Assembly (NCBI GenBank): GCA_965224705.1 | Contig: OZ245056.1 | Span: forward strand, 128,001 to 192,000 | DNA: 64,000 nt | Reading direction: 5' to 3' | Source of the DNA: Spirochaetaceae bacterium | GTDB taxonomy: Bacteria > Spirochaetota > Spirochaetia > DSM-2461 | In this document: piece by piece, positions 30,562 through 42,415 of the stretch | Layout of the letters: every line of letters starts with the position of its first letter | How positions within the stretch are numbered: position 1 is the stretch's first letter | Notes under the pieces: model-generated | What the model saw: only the letters and a program-made list of their open reading frames with translations | What the model was told of the DNA's origin: nothing | Databases searched by the model: none | Translations under genes and position numbers: made by a program

Positions 30562-31342
30562 TGCTCGGAATCTCTCTGGAAACCTTAACCTGCTGGATTT
30601 TATGACCATCAAGGGATTTGATGACAAAGGTGTACCCATTCCATGAAGTTTTTTCATAACGGCCTGGAATTTTACCGAACAGATCGAAAACAAATCCGCC
30701 AAGGGTATCAAAGTCGTCCGCAGGCATCTGGCTGCCCAGAGCATCATTTAACTCTTCCATGTTAACCCTGGCATCACAGAGCCATTCGTTTTCACCAGCC
30801 TTGAGTATGTCTTCAACTTCATTGTCAAATTCATCCTGGATATCCCCAACAATTTTCTCAAGAATATCCTCCATTGAAATGATACCCGATACACCTCCAT
30901 ACTCATCCACCGTAATAGCGATATGGGTACGCCGCTGCTTCATTTCCCGAAGCAAACTATCCAGTTTCATGCTTTCGGGAACAAAATAGGCTGGCCGGAC
31001 AACATCGGGAATGGAGATATTGCCCCCATCAATAAAAGATGTAAGAAGATCTTTTACATACAAAATTCCAATAACATTATCAATGGTATCCCTGTACACT
31101 GGAAAGCGGGAATGTCCAGATTTCATGAGGTTGGAGAGAGATTCCCCAACACCTGTATCCTCAGGGACGAAAACTGTATCGATTCTCGGTATCATGACTT
31201 CCTTGGCGGGAGTATCGGAAAGCCCCACAATACCGCGCACCATACCCCGTTCTTCCTCATCCAGATTCTCAAGACCTTTCGACTCAATGGGAGCATCCTG
31301 CTTCCTGTACATGCTCCGAAACCATTTCTTTAAATCAATCAT
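30554..31342 (-). CDS. corC: hemolysin/CorC family CBS-domain protein
   Basis: EVMIPR, HSRFPVY, VDEYGGVSG, EDILEKIVGDIQDEFD, DTLGG. Confidence 0.88.
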   Translation of the reverse strand: MIDLKKWFRSMYRKQDAPIESKGLENLDEEERGMVRGIVGLSDTPAKEVMIPRIDTVFVPEDTGVGESLSNLMKSGHSRFPVYRDTIDNVIGILYVKDLLTSFIDGGNISIPDVVRPAYFVPESMKLDSLLREMKQRRTHIAITVDEYGGVSGIISMEDILEKIVGDIQDEFDNEVEDILKAGENEWLCDARVNMEELNDALGSQMPADDFDTLGGFVFDLFGKIPGRYEKTSWNGYTFVIKSLDGHKIQQVKVSREIPSSE

Positions 31343-31804
31343 TTATAAGCTGACCACCAGATTCCCAGTACCGGAAACAAGTTTTTCCTGAAGTGTCAGC
31401 ATGGTCCCTTCAAAGTCATCTCCAGGATGATCCATTCCCGCGAGGTGAAGCATGCCGTGAATGATTACCCTTCTCAATTCTTCTTCCATAGGACGGTTGA
31501 GTAATTCCGACTGCTCAGCCACCCGTTCAAAAGACACGACAATATCCCCGGCTTCCATGAACTGGTCTTCCATGACAGGTATGGATTCTCCTTCACTCTG
31601 CACAAAAGATAACACATCGGTTGCGGCATCAATGTTTCTCCATCTGTAGTTATAGCGGCGCATATCCTCGTCATTGGTAATAAGAAGACCGATACTCCAG
31701 GCCTTGACACCAATTCTATCAAGAACTCCTTCCATGAATAACCGGATAGATTCCAGATTATAAGGTATTGTATCCAGAGTGTTAATTATCTCGATTTCAT
31801 TCAT
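31343..31804 (-). CDS. ybeY: rRNA maturation RNase YbeY
   Basis: TDVLSF, GDIVVS, HGMLHLAGMDH. Confidence 0.93.
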   Translation of the reverse strand: MNEIEIINTLDTIPYNLESIRLFMEGVLDRIGVKAWSIGLLITNDEDMRRYNYRWRNIDAATDVLSFVQSEGESIPVMEDQFMEAGDIVVSFERVAEQSELLNRPMEEELRRVIIHGMLHLAGMDHPGDDFEGTMLTLQEKLVSGTGNLVVSL

Positions 31805-32766
31805 CGCCCTTTATTCCCATGATTCTCATACGCATCAACAATTCTCTTCACCAATGGATGGCGGACCACATCCTCTGATGTAAATCTGATAACTGCGACT
31901 TCCGCAAGATGTTCCAGTATTTCTATTGCGTCAGCCAAACCGGAAGCTCTGTTCTGCGTGAGATCAATCTGTGTAAGATCACCTGTTACAATAACTCTGG
32001 AACCTTCTCCAATACGGGTGAGAAGCATCTTCATCTGCTCAATTGTGGTGTTCTGAGCTTCATCAAGAACAATAGTGCAGTTGTTGAAACTTCGTCCTCT
32101 CATGTAGGCAAGAGGTGCAACTTCCAGTTGACCATTGGATTTCAACTGCTCGAAAAGCCTGGTGTCTATGAAAGCTTCCATGGCATCATAGAGCGGCCGG
32201 AGGTAGGGAGCAAGTTTCTGAGTGAGATCACCTGGAAGAAAACCAAGGCTTTCACCTGTTTCAACGACGGGTCTGGTCAATATGATTTTTTGCTTCTTCC
32301 TGGAGAGTAATTCAATCAGGGCATGAGCAATGGCAAGAAATGTTTTCCCTGTACCAGCCGGTCCCTCACTGAAGATAAGATCACGGGTCTTCATTTCTTG
32401 AATGTAATCCGCCTGTGTTCGACTTTGCGGATGAACTCTATAGTTTCCAAAGGGCAGATGAAGAACATTGTTCCGAAAAGCATTACCATCCTTCTGGTTT
32501 TCAGATCCCATGGAGTAGTATATGGATCTTATATGCTGCTCGTATATAACATCATTGCTCCCGGCTAATTCCAGCAGTCTGTCCAGTATGCTGCGGAATA
32601 ATTGCCTTGATTTCTTATTCTGAGATTGTATTGTTATTTCATTACCCTGCGAGTATACAGGGCTGGAAAGCAGAGTACTTATTTCTCTCAAATTGCTGTC
32701 ATCCGGCCCGCACAGGGTTCCCAGGAGATGGGGGTTGTCAATAACGACTGTTAGACTATTATTCAA
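31801..32766 (-). CDS. phoH: PhoH family protein
   Basis: GPAGTGKT, RPVVE, LGFLPG, YMRGRS, DEAQN, GDLTQID, VVRHPLV. Confidence 0.93.
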   Translation of the reverse strand: MNNSLTVVIDNPHLLGTLCGPDDSNLREISTLLSSPVYSQGNEITIQSQNKKSRQLFRSILDRLLELAGSNDVIYEQHIRSIYYSMGSENQKDGNAFRNNVLHLPFGNYRVHPQSRTQADYIQEMKTRDLIFSEGPAGTGKTFLAIAHALIELLSRKKQKIILTRPVVETGESLGFLPGDLTQKLAPYLRPLYDAMEAFIDTRLFEQLKSNGQLEVAPLAYMRGRSFNNCTIVLDEAQNTTIEQMKMLLTRIGEGSRVIVTGDLTQIDLTQNRASGLADAIEILEHLAEVAVIRFTSEDVVRHPLVKRIVDAYENHGNKGR

Positions 32767-32807
32767 TAAAGCTCTCTACCAACCTTGAAGCAATGTAGCT
32801 TTATACA

Positions 32808-35800
32808 TCATTTTGAGTCAAGATTCTCTCCAAAGGATTCAACCGACCAGACTTCATCTTCATACTTTGTTTTCTGGTTAAACATCGGCAATGGATTCCA
32901 TTTTATATAGATGCTGAACGTAGATTTCCAGTCATAAACCTTTGTTGCCGTATTAATAGATGGACTGCCGGAATACTCCAATGTAACATCCCAGTTCCTT
33001 AAATGGTGAACCATGGAAAACACAAGTTTCTCCATTTTAAACTGTGAATCAAGCCGATCCTGAGGATTGAAAATATTGAACGACTTCGCCAGATCTTCAA
33101 ATAGATTATACTCCTGAGTTATATTCAACTGATCCCGCCAATGAGGAAAATAAAGATACATACTGCTGTTAATTGCATGAAATGAAAGTTTTATATCTAA
33201 AAACTTGTGAATTCTGAATTCTTGAGTCCACACGAATTTAAAGACATTGTCCGTTGGTTTGGCGAGATTGATTTTCCATGAAGTATCCAATATGGTTTTC
33301 AGCTTGATTCTGTTTTTCCAGAAGGGCAAAGGATCAATTGTTCTTTTGTATGAGAATTCCAGCCTGGTGGCCTTGAATGCGTCCTGAGCTGTATCCCATT
33401 TTACTGTGTTCTTGTTCCAATTGTATGTTGCTGCATAAGAGGCAATTAAACGGGTCTGGAATCCCCAGAATTTGAAGTTAGACTCCGCCCTGGTAAACCT
33501 CTCATCCTTAAGATCATAGGAAGCCGTTTGAGAAATTGTAACTTCTTTGTTCCAAAAAGTCCATGACGCTGACATATTCAATGGATCATGACTCCACTTT
33601 TCGCTTTTGAAAGTATTCTTCTGACTGATACTGAGTTTCAATCCTTTATATTCCAACCCGGAACCAGCCTCTATGGAGTATTGCCTGCCCAAAGGCGGTA
33701 AATTTGTTGAGAGTGTCGAATTAATCGAAAATATACCGACTTTGTAAATGAGATTGGCCAGAGTCGTATGTTTCTTTACATCTTCAGCATTTTCAATCCA
33801 TTCAAGTCGATATTCAGGATTATCCACCGTTGCAGTGTCCTGGAACACATAACTCAAAATATTCGCATCAAACTCATATTTAATAAGGGAAGTACTCAAA
33901 CCCTGTACTCCCTGAAATAATTTCAAATCGACACTGGCACTGTTATCCCAGAGGAATTTGGAGTACTTAAAATCAGAAAGTTTCGTTTTATCTTCAACGG
34001 TTCCATCAGTGCCGTAAACCGGCCTATGAACCTGGTAATAGCCCGACAATCTTGTCGAACCTTTGGCATTCAGAAATCCTCCCCAGAGATTCATCCCATA
34101 TTGAATTTTTCCAGTATGAATTGTGTTTATTTTCGCGGGCTTAAACACTTTGAAACTTATATCTTCAGGTTGAGTCCAGGCCGTGTTCAACAGTTGATCG
34201 TCCATGTAAAACTGAGAATCCAGACCATAACTGAAAGACAGATCAAGTAGTTTTGAGTTGTAAACTGTATTGTAGGCACCGATGTAAACAGGAATGTCAA
34301 TGACATCGGACTCGCTGTCTGTATCCCCGGATTTCTGTTCATTTGATTCCATGTTTTCTTCTACTTCTTTCTTGATGCGGCTGAGAGTAAAGTTGGGCAA
34401 AGCTCCCTTGAAAGAAAATTTTATGTTGGGCAGCACAAGTTTATCCGGATAGAAAAACTTCCTTGCCGGATCGTATGATTTGTCTGGATTGGTTGAAGTG
34501 GTAATGCTTTTATTATCCTTGTTTTTCCAGGTCAAAGATGCCTTGATTTGAGGAAATGAAAGGCTGCTGATCCAGGGGCTGGCACCGGAGACATTGAATC
34601 TGTACGAACCAGACAATGTCCATGACATTGAATTGGCCGCTGTTTTTTTTTCCGTGCTGTCTTCTTCCCCCAGCAGCAGCTTCATCCAGTCAAAGTTCTC
34701 TTTGCGATCCCCGAAATTCTGCTCAAAAAACGGATCTGAGTGCCAGGATAAACCAAGACTCCAGGTTTTATACTTGAGTTCAATTGAAGAAGACCATCGG
34801 AATGGTACTGTTTCTGAACCAATGTAACTGTTGTTCCAATAGACTTTTGGAGTCGATCCATCACTGAAATATACAGAACCATTATCATCGACACTGCGGC
34901 TCACTCCTATGGATGCGTGAAAATTCAAGCTGCCATCCTTCCAGAGTTTTGGAAATTCTCCATAGAAACCTGTAGCAGCACCCAGACCTGTGTAGGCATC
35001 AAGAGTGTACTTAAGGGTACCAGTCTCCTTCTTCGTGTTTTCCTTTTCTTCCGTTTCCGGTTTTTTCTTCACCAGGTACAGGCCTTCACGAACCAATTCG
35101 TAATCGGTACCTGCACTATCGCCAAAGCCCAGCATGGAGAAATCATCATCTTCTTTTTTCTGACCCAGGAAATAGGTCGTAGTTTGAATGTAATAGCCGA
35201 CATTGCTGCGTTCGCCGATTACAGGATTGAATAAAAGATCCCGGCCGGATTTCCAGTAAAAAGGCAGGTAAAGAACTGGAATATGTCCAACATATATTGT
35301 CGCACTGAGAATACTCCACTCTCCAGGGCCGGTTATCCATATTTTTGCAGCCTTCAGCGCATAGTCAGGATTCTCAACATCATAGCTGGTGATTGAACCA
35401 TCGGTGAGTAACAGGATATCAGTACTTGCACGTTTTATAGACTCTCCCCTGAAAAAAAACGGAACGTCTTTCCCATCTATCTCTTCATGTCTTTTGGAAG
35501 TTCCATGAAAAATTATCCCTGTCCAATCGCTTACCTCGAATGTGAGGCTGTCTCCGGTAAATATTTCCTCCCGTCCTTCGTTATCCACTATGTATTCTAT
35601 GTTGCCAATCGCAGAAATCGTTTTGTTTTCCTCATTGAAGATAATAGTATCAGCCTGTACCCGGTGCTTTCGATTCTGCCTTGAGTCATTGACAACAAGT
35701 ACGACATCTCCACTCAATCTCACGATTGATTCGGTTTTATCATCTGATATTTTTACTTCAAAGTATTCGCTGCGTTTTGCTGATTCAATAATAACCTGAT

Positions 35801-36185
35801 CACCATTGCCTGCGGTGCTGTCACTGTCTATCTTCAGGCTTTCAATACTGTAGTGGGAGAGAAGTCGGCTTCTAAGCTGTTCAAGTCCTCCATCAAAAGG
35901 CAGGTTGAGAACTTTGCACCAGGCAACAAGTTCCTCCCTCCCTGAAGTTTTTATATCAACTTCAAGGCTTTTCTCAATCAATCCAGGTTCCATGCTCTCA
36001 TCATCACCGTCTGACTGGAGATCCGGATCTGGAGTATCTGTTATTTCCTCACTCTGATTTTGATCCGAAGGAACTGGCTCGGCAGTTTCCTGTCCGACAA
36101 GAGAATGCATTGAAAACAGTAAAAGACCCACGACTGTTCCATGGAATAATCCTGGTATCTGAATCCATCCTGATCGCGTATTCAC
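32808..36185 (-). CDS. lptD: LptD-like outer membrane assembly protein
   Basis: Signal peptide, OstA-like beta-jellyroll region, IPVLYLPFYW, aromatic-rich beta-strand C-terminus. Confidence 0.65.
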   Translation of the reverse strand: MNTRSGWIQIPGLFHGTVVGLLLFSMHSLVGQETAEPVPSDQNQSEEITDTPDPDLQSDGDDESMEPGLIEKSLEVDIKTSGREELVAWCKVLNLPFDGGLEQLRSRLLSHYSIESLKIDSDSTAGNGDQVIIESAKRSEYFEVKISDDKTESIVRLSGDVVLVVNDSRQNRKHRVQADTIIFNEENKTISAIGNIEYIVDNEGREEIFTGDSLTFEVSDWTGIIFHGTSKRHEEIDGKDVPFFFRGESIKRASTDILLLTDGSITSYDVENPDYALKAAKIWITGPGEWSILSATIYVGHIPVLYLPFYWKSGRDLLFNPVIGERSNVGYYIQTTTYFLGQKKEDDDFSMLGFGDSAGTDYELVREGLYLVKKKPETEEKENTKKETGTLKYTLDAYTGLGAATGFYGEFPKLWKDGSLNFHASIGVSRSVDDNGSVYFSDGSTPKVYWNNSYIGSETVPFRWSSSIELKYKTWSLGLSWHSDPFFEQNFGDRKENFDWMKLLLGEEDSTEKKTAANSMSWTLSGSYRFNVSGASPWISSLSFPQIKASLTWKNKDNKSITTSTNPDKSYDPARKFFYPDKLVLPNIKFSFKGALPNFTLSRIKKEVEENMESNEQKSGDTDSESDVIDIPVYIGAYNTVYNSKLLDLSFSYGLDSQFYMDDQLLNTAWTQPEDISFKVFKPAKINTIHTGKIQYGMNLWGGFLNAKGSTRLSGYYQVHRPVYGTDGTVEDKTKLSDFKYSKFLWDNSASVDLKLFQGVQGLSTSLIKYEFDANILSYVFQDTATVDNPEYRLEWIENAEDVKKHTTLANLIYKVGIFSINSTLSTNLPPLGRQYSIEAGSGLEYKGLKLSISQKNTFKSEKWSHDPLNMSASWTFWNKEVTISQTASYDLKDERFTRAESNFKFWGFQTRLIASYAATYNWNKNTVKWDTAQDAFKATRLEFSYKRTIDPLPFWKNRIKLKTILDTSWKINLAKPTDNVFKFVWTQEFRIHKFLDIKLSFHAINSSMYLYFPHWRDQLNITQEYNLFEDLAKSFNIFNPQDRLDSQFKMEKLVFSMVHHLRNWDVTLEYSGSPSINTATKVYDWKSTFSIYIKWNPLPMFNQKTKYEDEVWSVESFGENLDSK

Positions 36186-39007
36186 TGATCGGCCAGTATC
36201 TCCCTGAGATAATATCCGGTATGAGAAGTTCTGGAACGGGCAACTTCTTCAGGTGTCCCCTGTACAACAATTCTCCCTCCGGCATCACCACCTTCAGGAC
36301 CAAGATCAATTATGTGATCAGCCTGTTTAATCACATCGAGATTGTGCTCTATCATACAAATTGTATTTCCATAATCCACAAGAGTCTGGAGGACTTCCAA
36401 CAGCTGCTTCACGTCAGAAAAATGGAGTCCTGTTGTTGGTTCATCAATTATGTAAAATGTATTACCTGTGTTCTGTTTTGAAAGCTCAAGAGCCAGTTTT
36501 ATCCGCTGTGCTTCCCCACCCGAGAGTGTTATGGCCGATTGCCCAAGCTTTATATAACTCATACCGACAGAAATCAAAGTTTCGAGTTTACGAAGAACAG
36601 AAGGAACATGGGAGAAGAAATCAGCCGCTTCATCAATGGTCATGTCCAGAACATCATGAATGTTCTTTCCCTTGAACCTGATTTCAAGAGTTTCCCGATT
36701 GAATCGGCGTCCTTTACAAATATCGCAGGTAACATAGACATCGGCAAGAAAATGCATCTCTATTCTTCTGGTACCAGCTCCTTCACATGCCTCACATCGA
36801 CCGCCCCTGACGTTGAAACTGAAACGGCCAGGTTTGAATCCCCGTGCCTTTGATTCCGGCAGATTGGCAAACAATTCACGGATTGGAGTAAACAGTCCCA
36901 CATAAGTTGCAGGATTGGATCTGGGTGTTCGGCCAATTGGACTCTGGTTGATACTGATCACCTTGTCAATGTACTCGGCTCCAGAAATAGAATCGCAGTT
37001 TCCTGCAGGATGATGGGTTCTGCCCAGTGTGTTGGAAAGCTCAGGATACAGGATGTCGGAGAGCAGTGTTGATTTCCCTGAACCTGAAACTCCCGTAATC
37101 AACACAAATTTCCCCAGGGGAATCTCTACATCAATGTTCTTGAGATTGTGTTCTCTTGCTCCCCTGACAGAAATGCTTTTACCATTCCCCTTTCTCCGCT
37201 CCTCTGGAACATGAATGAACTCGATCCCGCTCAGGAACCGGCCTGTCGGACTGTCAGGATTGGTCAGTATGGCATCCAGGGGCCCCTGAGCCACAACACA
37301 ACCGCCATGAACTCCAGCCTGGGGGCCCATATCAACGATATGATCCGCTGTTCGGATGGTTTGCTCATCATGTTCAACGACAATCAGAGTATTGCCAAGA
37401 TTTCTCAGGTGAATCAGTGTATCAATGAGTTTTCCATTGTCCCGCTGATGCAGGCCGATGGTTGGTTCATCCAGGATGTATAAGACTCCCATGAGGGAGG
37501 ATCCAATTTGAGTGGCCAGACGAATTCGCTGTGCCTCCCCGCCACTCAGGCTGGCCGATTGCCTGTCCAGGGTCAGGTATCCTAATCCCACGCTTTCAAG
37601 AAAACCCAGCCTGTCTCGTATCTCTTTCAATATCTGTTCTGCAATATGACTGTCTGTTTCATCCAGAACCAGATCATTGAAGAATTTCCCCGCTTCATGC
37701 ACAGGAAAAACTGTAACATCATGGATGTTTTTTCCACTGACAAAAACACTCAGGGCCTCCAGGTTCAATCGCTTCCCATCACAAATCCGGCATGGCCGCC
37801 GTGTCATGAAACCTTCCAGCCAATCCCGTACACCTGATGATGTGGATTCCTTGTAACGGCGGTTCAAATCTGCGATTATTCCCTTGAACTGGGAGGAATA
37901 CTCATATTTTCCCGTTCCCTTTTTGTTAACATAGGTAATGTCAATGCTCTCATCGCTTCCATAAAAGATGGAATCCAGCACATCGGATGGCAGATTGCCC
38001 AGCGGTTCATCCAGACTGAAACTGAAAGTTCTGGCCAATCCATCAAACCAGCTTCGATACCATGCTGCTTCGGGATTGTAGGGAAGAAGTCCACGTTCGT
38101 TGAAGGACAGTGAGGGGTCGGGCATGATGAGTTCCTGGTCGAATTCCTGGGTCATTCCTAAACCATCGCATGAGGAACAGGCACCATAGGGACTGTTGAA
38201 GCTAAACAGTCTGGGCTGAAGTTCGGGAAGGCTGAAACCGCATACCGGACATGAACTCCGCTCGGAAAAGAATAATTCCTCATCACCTTCATTTTTGAGA
38301 ATGCGTATTCTTACTTTTCCCTCTGTGATTTCCAATGCAGTTTCAATGGAATCCGCCAGGCGCTTCCGGCTTGAATCATCGATTTTAACCCTGTCCACCA
38401 CGATGGCAATGTCATGCTTCTTATTCTTACTCAGAGAGATTTTCTCATCCAGGGAAAGAATTTCTCCATCAACCTGTACTCTGATAAATCCGGATTGTCT
38501 GGCATCTTCAAAGATTTTCCTATGTGTTCCCTTCTTGCCTCGAACTATGGGGGCTAAAACTATCAAACGGCTTCCAGATGGAAGGGAAAGTACCGTATCC
38601 AGTATCTGATCAACAGACTGTTCCCTGATGGGAGTTCCATCCTTTGGACAGACTGGTCTTCCAATGCGGGCATAAAGCAGCCTGAGATAATCGTATATTT
38701 CCGTTATGGTTCCGACAGTTGAACGGGGATTCTTACTTGTTGTTCTCTGCTCAATTGAAATCGCAGGAGAAAGACCTTCCAGATAGTCAACATCGGGTTT
38801 ATCCATCCGTCCAAGAAACTGTCTTGCATACGCTGACAGTGATTCGACATAGCGTCTCTGTCCTTCAGCAAAGATTGTATCAAATGCCAGAGAAGACTTA
38901 CCTGAACCTGATAATCCTGATATAACAATGAGTTTATCCCGCGGCAGTTCAAGATTGATATTGCGGAGATTATGTTCCCGCGCCCCTCGTATGACAATAT
39001 CCTTCAT
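36182..39007 (-). CDS. uvrA: excinuclease ABC subunit A
   Basis: [21 protein letters not shown], Zn fingers, two LSGGEAQR signatures. Confidence 0.98.
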   Translation of the reverse strand: MKDIVIRGAREHNLRNINLELPRDKLIVISGLSGSGKSSLAFDTIFAEGQRRYVESLSAYARQFLGRMDKPDVDYLEGLSPAISIEQRTTSKNPRSTVGTITEIYDYLRLLYARIGRPVCPKDGTPIREQSVDQILDTVLSLPSGSRLIVLAPIVRGKKGTHRKIFEDARQSGFIRVQVDGEILSLDEKISLSKNKKHDIAIVVDRVKIDDSSRKRLADSIETALEITEGKVRIRILKNEGDEELFFSERSSCPVCGFSLPELQPRLFSFNSPYGACSSCDGLGMTQEFDQELIMPDPSLSFNERGLLPYNPEAAWYRSWFDGLARTFSFSLDEPLGNLPSDVLDSIFYGSDESIDITYVNKKGTGKYEYSSQFKGIIADLNRRYKESTSSGVRDWLEGFMTRRPCRICDGKRLNLEALSVFVSGKNIHDVTVFPVHEAGKFFNDLVLDETDSHIAEQILKEIRDRLGFLESVGLGYLTLDRQSASLSGGEAQRIRLATQIGSSLMGVLYILDEPTIGLHQRDNGKLIDTLIHLRNLGNTLIVVEHDEQTIRTADHIVDMGPQAGVHGGCVVAQGPLDAILTNPDSPTGRFLSGIEFIHVPEERRKGNGKSISVRGAREHNLKNIDVEIPLGKFVLITGVSGSGKSTLLSDILYPELSNTLGRTHHPAGNCDSISGAEYIDKVISINQSPIGRTPRSNPATYVGLFTPIRELFANLPESKARGFKPGRFSFNVRGGRCEACEGAGTRRIEMHFLADVYVTCDICKGRRFNRETLEIRFKGKNIHDVLDMTIDEAADFFSHVPSVLRKLETLISVGMSYIKLGQSAITLSGGEAQRIKLALELSKQNTGNTFYIIDEPTTGLHFSDVKQLLEVLQTLVDYGNTICMIEHNLDVIKQADHIIDLGPEGGDAGGRIVVQGTPEEVARSRTSHTGYYLREILADQ

Positions 39008-39972
39008 TAAGGACTCAATGTACCGGTTGTAATGAAGGGTTCTTCCAGTTGACGCCTGGCAAGAAGTCCCCAGCGGCCGGACACAGACCGTGAGATTTCA
39101 TTCTCTGCCAGAAACCGCCATAGGCTTTCCGCTCGCTCTACATACCCCTCAGCATATAATGAAACTGATAGAAGATAGAATTGAGGCCAGAAGCCGGAAT
39201 CACCAAGCCACTGCAGCAGCAGGGGATAGTGATCTCTTACAAGTTCCAATAATTCAGCCGCTCCATCCAGATCTCCTGGATATCGAACATCCCGGTCAGG
39301 ATACCTTGCGTCCTCTTCCAGATTTATATCAAAGCGCCATTCTGGCCGGTATTCTCGATATTGACCTGAAACCGTTGAGAGCAGGGAAAGAATGGTTCGA
39401 AGTGAATGCAGTAGAGACGAACGATAACGCCCGTCTTCCCACGCAATCTCACCCAGCATGCGGCGGGCCTTTAATGATTGCCGCAATTCACTGCGATAGA
39501 GGTACAATAACTCATCCAGCCCCCTGGTAACAAAGTATTCAATGTAGCGATGCTCAAGCTCAACTTCAGAACTGGAAGAAGCTCCTTCCGAGTCTGCAAT
39601 TTCCATGAGAATCAGCTCCGACTCCGAGCGGCGGCTGCCGCCGGTTTTCAGTAAAAGTTCTGCCAGAGAGTATAAGATCTGGAACCTGTCGTCAGGTACT
39701 CGCAAGTATATTGCCAGATTCAGTGCTCTTCGGTACTGCTCTTCTGCCATAACAGCCTGCCCCTGAGCGGCATAAACACGGCCAAGCCAGTATTCTGCCT
39801 CAGGATACTCATCCATAGTCTCAACAGCTTCAAGTATATACTCCATGGCGGTGGTAATGTCCCTTGATTCAAATGCCGCCTTCCCCCGTTCCAGAAGCAC
39901 CCAGGGAATCTCCTGGGCACCACAACAGACACTGAAGACAATGAGTAAAAAGAATCGCAAAGCCCAGGTCAA
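39007..39972 (-). CDS. TPR-containing hypothetical exported protein
   Basis: Signal peptide, N-terminal TPR ([12 protein letters not shown]). Stop overlaps the uvrA start. Confidence 0.65.
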   Translation of the reverse strand: MTWALRFFLLIVFSVCCGAQEIPWVLLERGKAAFESRDITTAMEYILEAVETMDEYPEAEYWLGRVYAAQGQAVMAEEQYRRALNLAIYLRVPDDRFQILYSLAELLLKTGGSRRSESELILMEIADSEGASSSSEVELEHRYIEYFVTRGLDELLYLYRSELRQSLKARRMLGEIAWEDGRYRSSLLHSLRTILSLLSTVSGQYREYRPEWRFDINLEEDARYPDRDVRYPGDLDGAAELLELVRDHYPLLLQWLGDSGFWPQFYLLSVSLYAEGYVERAESLWRFLAENEISRSVSGRWGLLARRQLEEPFITTGTLSP

Positions 39973-40091
39973 TACGTTACTCTCCTGTAAAAAACATATA
40001 GGAAACCAGAGTTTAATTCATTTTGGTCAATGAAGATCCGGTCAAGTACAGCCGATATTGAACGCTTTCCCAAAGTACCCTTATGCGCGGT

Positions 40092-40517
40092 TCAGCCGAC
40101 AACTCCTCTGAGAAATACCATGGCAAACAGGGCCACTGTTTCAATTAAGCCAATGACCATCACATAGTTTCCAAAACCTTTTCCTGTTTCGGCCAGTGCA
40201 TCTGAAGCGGCGGCGGCGGCAGCCCCCTGCATATATCCTGAAGCACCAATGGCAATTCCACCGAACAAGCCCACCTCCAGCAAAACCAGCGGCGGCAATG
40301 CTGAGGTATTGATGGCAATTAACAGAATCAATCCATAAAAAGTCTGGGTGAGCGGCATACCAACGAAGGCAACCAGCATAAAGGGTGCAGATTTGTTATT
40401 CGCATAGCATTTCTTCCATGCCCCTATAGCTGCCTGACCAGCCTTACCCATACCAAATGCTGAACCAACAGCCGATAAACCCAACGCGGCACCATAACCA
40501 AGTGACTCGATTTCCAT
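40092..40517 (-). CDS. atpK: V-type ATP synthase subunit K (proteolipid)
   Basis: Four TM helices, PLTQTFYG, GLIETVALF. Confidence 0.93.
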   Translation of the reverse strand: MEIESLGYGAALGLSAVGSAFGMGKAGQAAIGAWKKCYANNKSAPFMLVAFVGMPLTQTFYGLILLIAINTSALPPLVLLEVGLFGGIAIGASGYMQGAAAAAASDALAETGKGFGNYVMVIGLIETVALFAMVFLRGVVG

Positions 40518-40519
40518 AT

Positions 40520-42415
40520 TTACTCCTTATTTGCTTCCGATATTTCAACTTCCGGAACATGCAGGCTGAATGGCTTGAAGCCGATTCCAGCCCATTCCAT
40601 ATCCAGGTGACCGGAGAACTCAAGTACATTGAGCCGCACACCGTGAACCAACACCGATAATGCACTCAAAACCAAATTTAACGCGTGACCAATGCCAAGT
40701 ATCAACACAGCGGCTGCGATGGCGACTCCATCACCGCGAGGTGCCATTGCATTAAAACTCTGGGAAAGAGCCACTCCAACCAGACCGACAGCAAAAAGCC
40801 TGATAAAGGATATTATATCACCAAAGGCCCCAATAGAATTGAGCAGAGTTGGAAGCAGGTTCTTCAATCCCCTCAGTACCCCGCTCATGAAGGACGTTCC
40901 CCTCTTCTGCTCCCCAAAAATCAGGACGACAAGGAGTCCTCCAAGTATAACCGGGAGCGCCAACTCCATAATGATGGGCAGTGGAGAAAGCTGCAGGACA
41001 ATACTCATGATGAGCCAGTACATGGTAATCACGATGGACAACCATCCTAACTGTGCTATAGCTGACAGAGAAGGGCATCTGCGAACAAAGTTCTGTATTC
41101 GTGCGATTAGAATCATCACAATACCCAGCAGAAGACTGATCCACATTGTAAATGTGGTAACATTCATCGAATCATCAGGAAAAATCTTCATCCTGACCAC
41201 ATAACCTGGGAAAAGCTCATCCTGGTAGGTCGCAATTGCCGGTATAACAAAATTCTTCAGCACGGTATCCCGTACCAGTGAGAGAGATGAAAACCAGGTT
41301 CCCGTCACTGTTCCCCAAATCAAAGTTGTAACACCAAATATAAAAATGAGACGGAGTGTATCTGTCATCTTTCGGATTTTTAAGAGAACAGCCAGTGCCA
41401 GTATTAGAATAACGGTTCCATACCCGGCATCCCCGAGTATCATGGCTGTAAATATACTGAGAAAGGAAAGAAACCAGAAACTGATATCCGGTTCATGATA
41501 TCCTGGAAAAATTCCCATCAACTTGAAAACAGGCTGTATAACTCTGATTGCGGGAGAATTCTTTACCAGAGTAGGAACCACTTCATCCTCGTGCGGATCC
41601 CTCATCACCAGTCCCCATGATTTTTCTGCGGCCAGCGATTTGAGATTATCCGCTTCGTGTACGGGTATAAAACCCGTAAACCCTGTCAATCCTTCATCAA
41701 CCGGCAGTGAACTCCTTATCTCTTCAAATTCAACATCCTGCCGTACAGCAATAACAGCCTGTTCCATCATTGTGTAGAATGCTCCCAGTTCCCCCAATTC
41801 CTGCCTTACCCTGGCCAGATCCTCTTTTGCTGTCGAGATCAAAGTTTCCAGTTCCGATAAACCATACTCTGGTAAATCAATACCCCTCTCTCCACCATTC
41901 TCCGGGGTTTGTCTGTATATTAACACACCAGAAACAATGCTCTTCTTCTTTCGCATTGGAATAAATACAGCTTTCGTATCCATTCGTAAACGTTCTCTGG
42001 TTTCAGCGTCAGAATCAATCAAACGAATATCGATTCCTTTCGCGGCCAGCATCCTTATGTCGATAGGACTGAAGTTTTCCCATGGTTTCAGCAGTTCAAA
42101 ATCTTTGTTCAGTTGAGAAAGACATTTAAGAAGCTCATCTTCCCTGTTTTTTTTTCTCAGGATCTCATCAGCTTTTTCATTTGCTTCTTTCCTGTTCAGC
42201 CTGGCATGGTGCTGATTCTTCCTGCCTTTAAACTGGGCAATACATCCCTGAGCTTTGTTGAGTTTGTTCAACTCATTCAGCAAGTTTTCAGGCACTGCCA
42301 TGGCATCCGGTTCCTGCTGAATATGCATAACACCAGCCCGCCGCAGCGTCTTCAAGGCCGACTGTCGGTGCTTATCCTGGAGAGCTACACTGACTTTCTT
42401 CATTTTGACAATCAT
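40520..42415 (-). CDS. atpI: V-type ATP synthase subunit I
   Basis: MIVKMKK, ILGDAGYG, DIISFIRLFAVG, HGVRLNVLEF. Confidence 0.93.
   Translation of the reverse strand: MIVKMKKVSVALQDKHRQSALKTLRRAGVMHIQQEPDAMAVPENLLNELNKLNKAQGCIAQFKGRKNQHHARLNRKEANEKADEILRKKNREDELLKCLSQLNKDFELLKPWENFSPIDIRMLAAKGIDIRLIDSDAETRERLRMDTKAVFIPMRKKKSIVSGVLIYRQTPENGGERGIDLPEYGLSELETLISTAKEDLARVRQELGELGAFYTMMEQAVIAVRQDVEFEEIRSSLPVDEGLTGFTGFIPVHEADNLKSLAAEKSWGLVMRDPHEDEVVPTLVKNSPAIRVIQPVFKLMGIFPGYHEPDISFWFLSFLSIFTAMILGDAGYGTVILILALAVLLKIRKMTDTLRLIFIFGVTTLIWGTVTGTWFSSLSLVRDTVLKNFVIPAIATYQDELFPGYVVRMKIFPDDSMNVTTFTMWISLLLGIVMILIARIQNFVRRCPSLSAIAQLGWLSIVITMYWLIMSIVLQLSPLPIIMELALPVILGGLLVVLIFGEQKRGTSFMSGVLRGLKNLLPTLLNSIGAFGDIISFIRLFAVGLVGVALSQSFNAMAPRGDGVAIAAAVLILGIGHALNLVLSALSVLVHGVRLNVLEFSGHLDMEWAGIGFKPFSLHVPEVEISEANKE

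Noticed and set aside
30562..30747. N-terminal extensions in the ORF track (TPR gene, also 2968-3114, 44323-44361, 62553-62636)
   Set aside because: They overlap neighbouring genes or leaders. Downstream starts have better RBS or family-typical N-termini.
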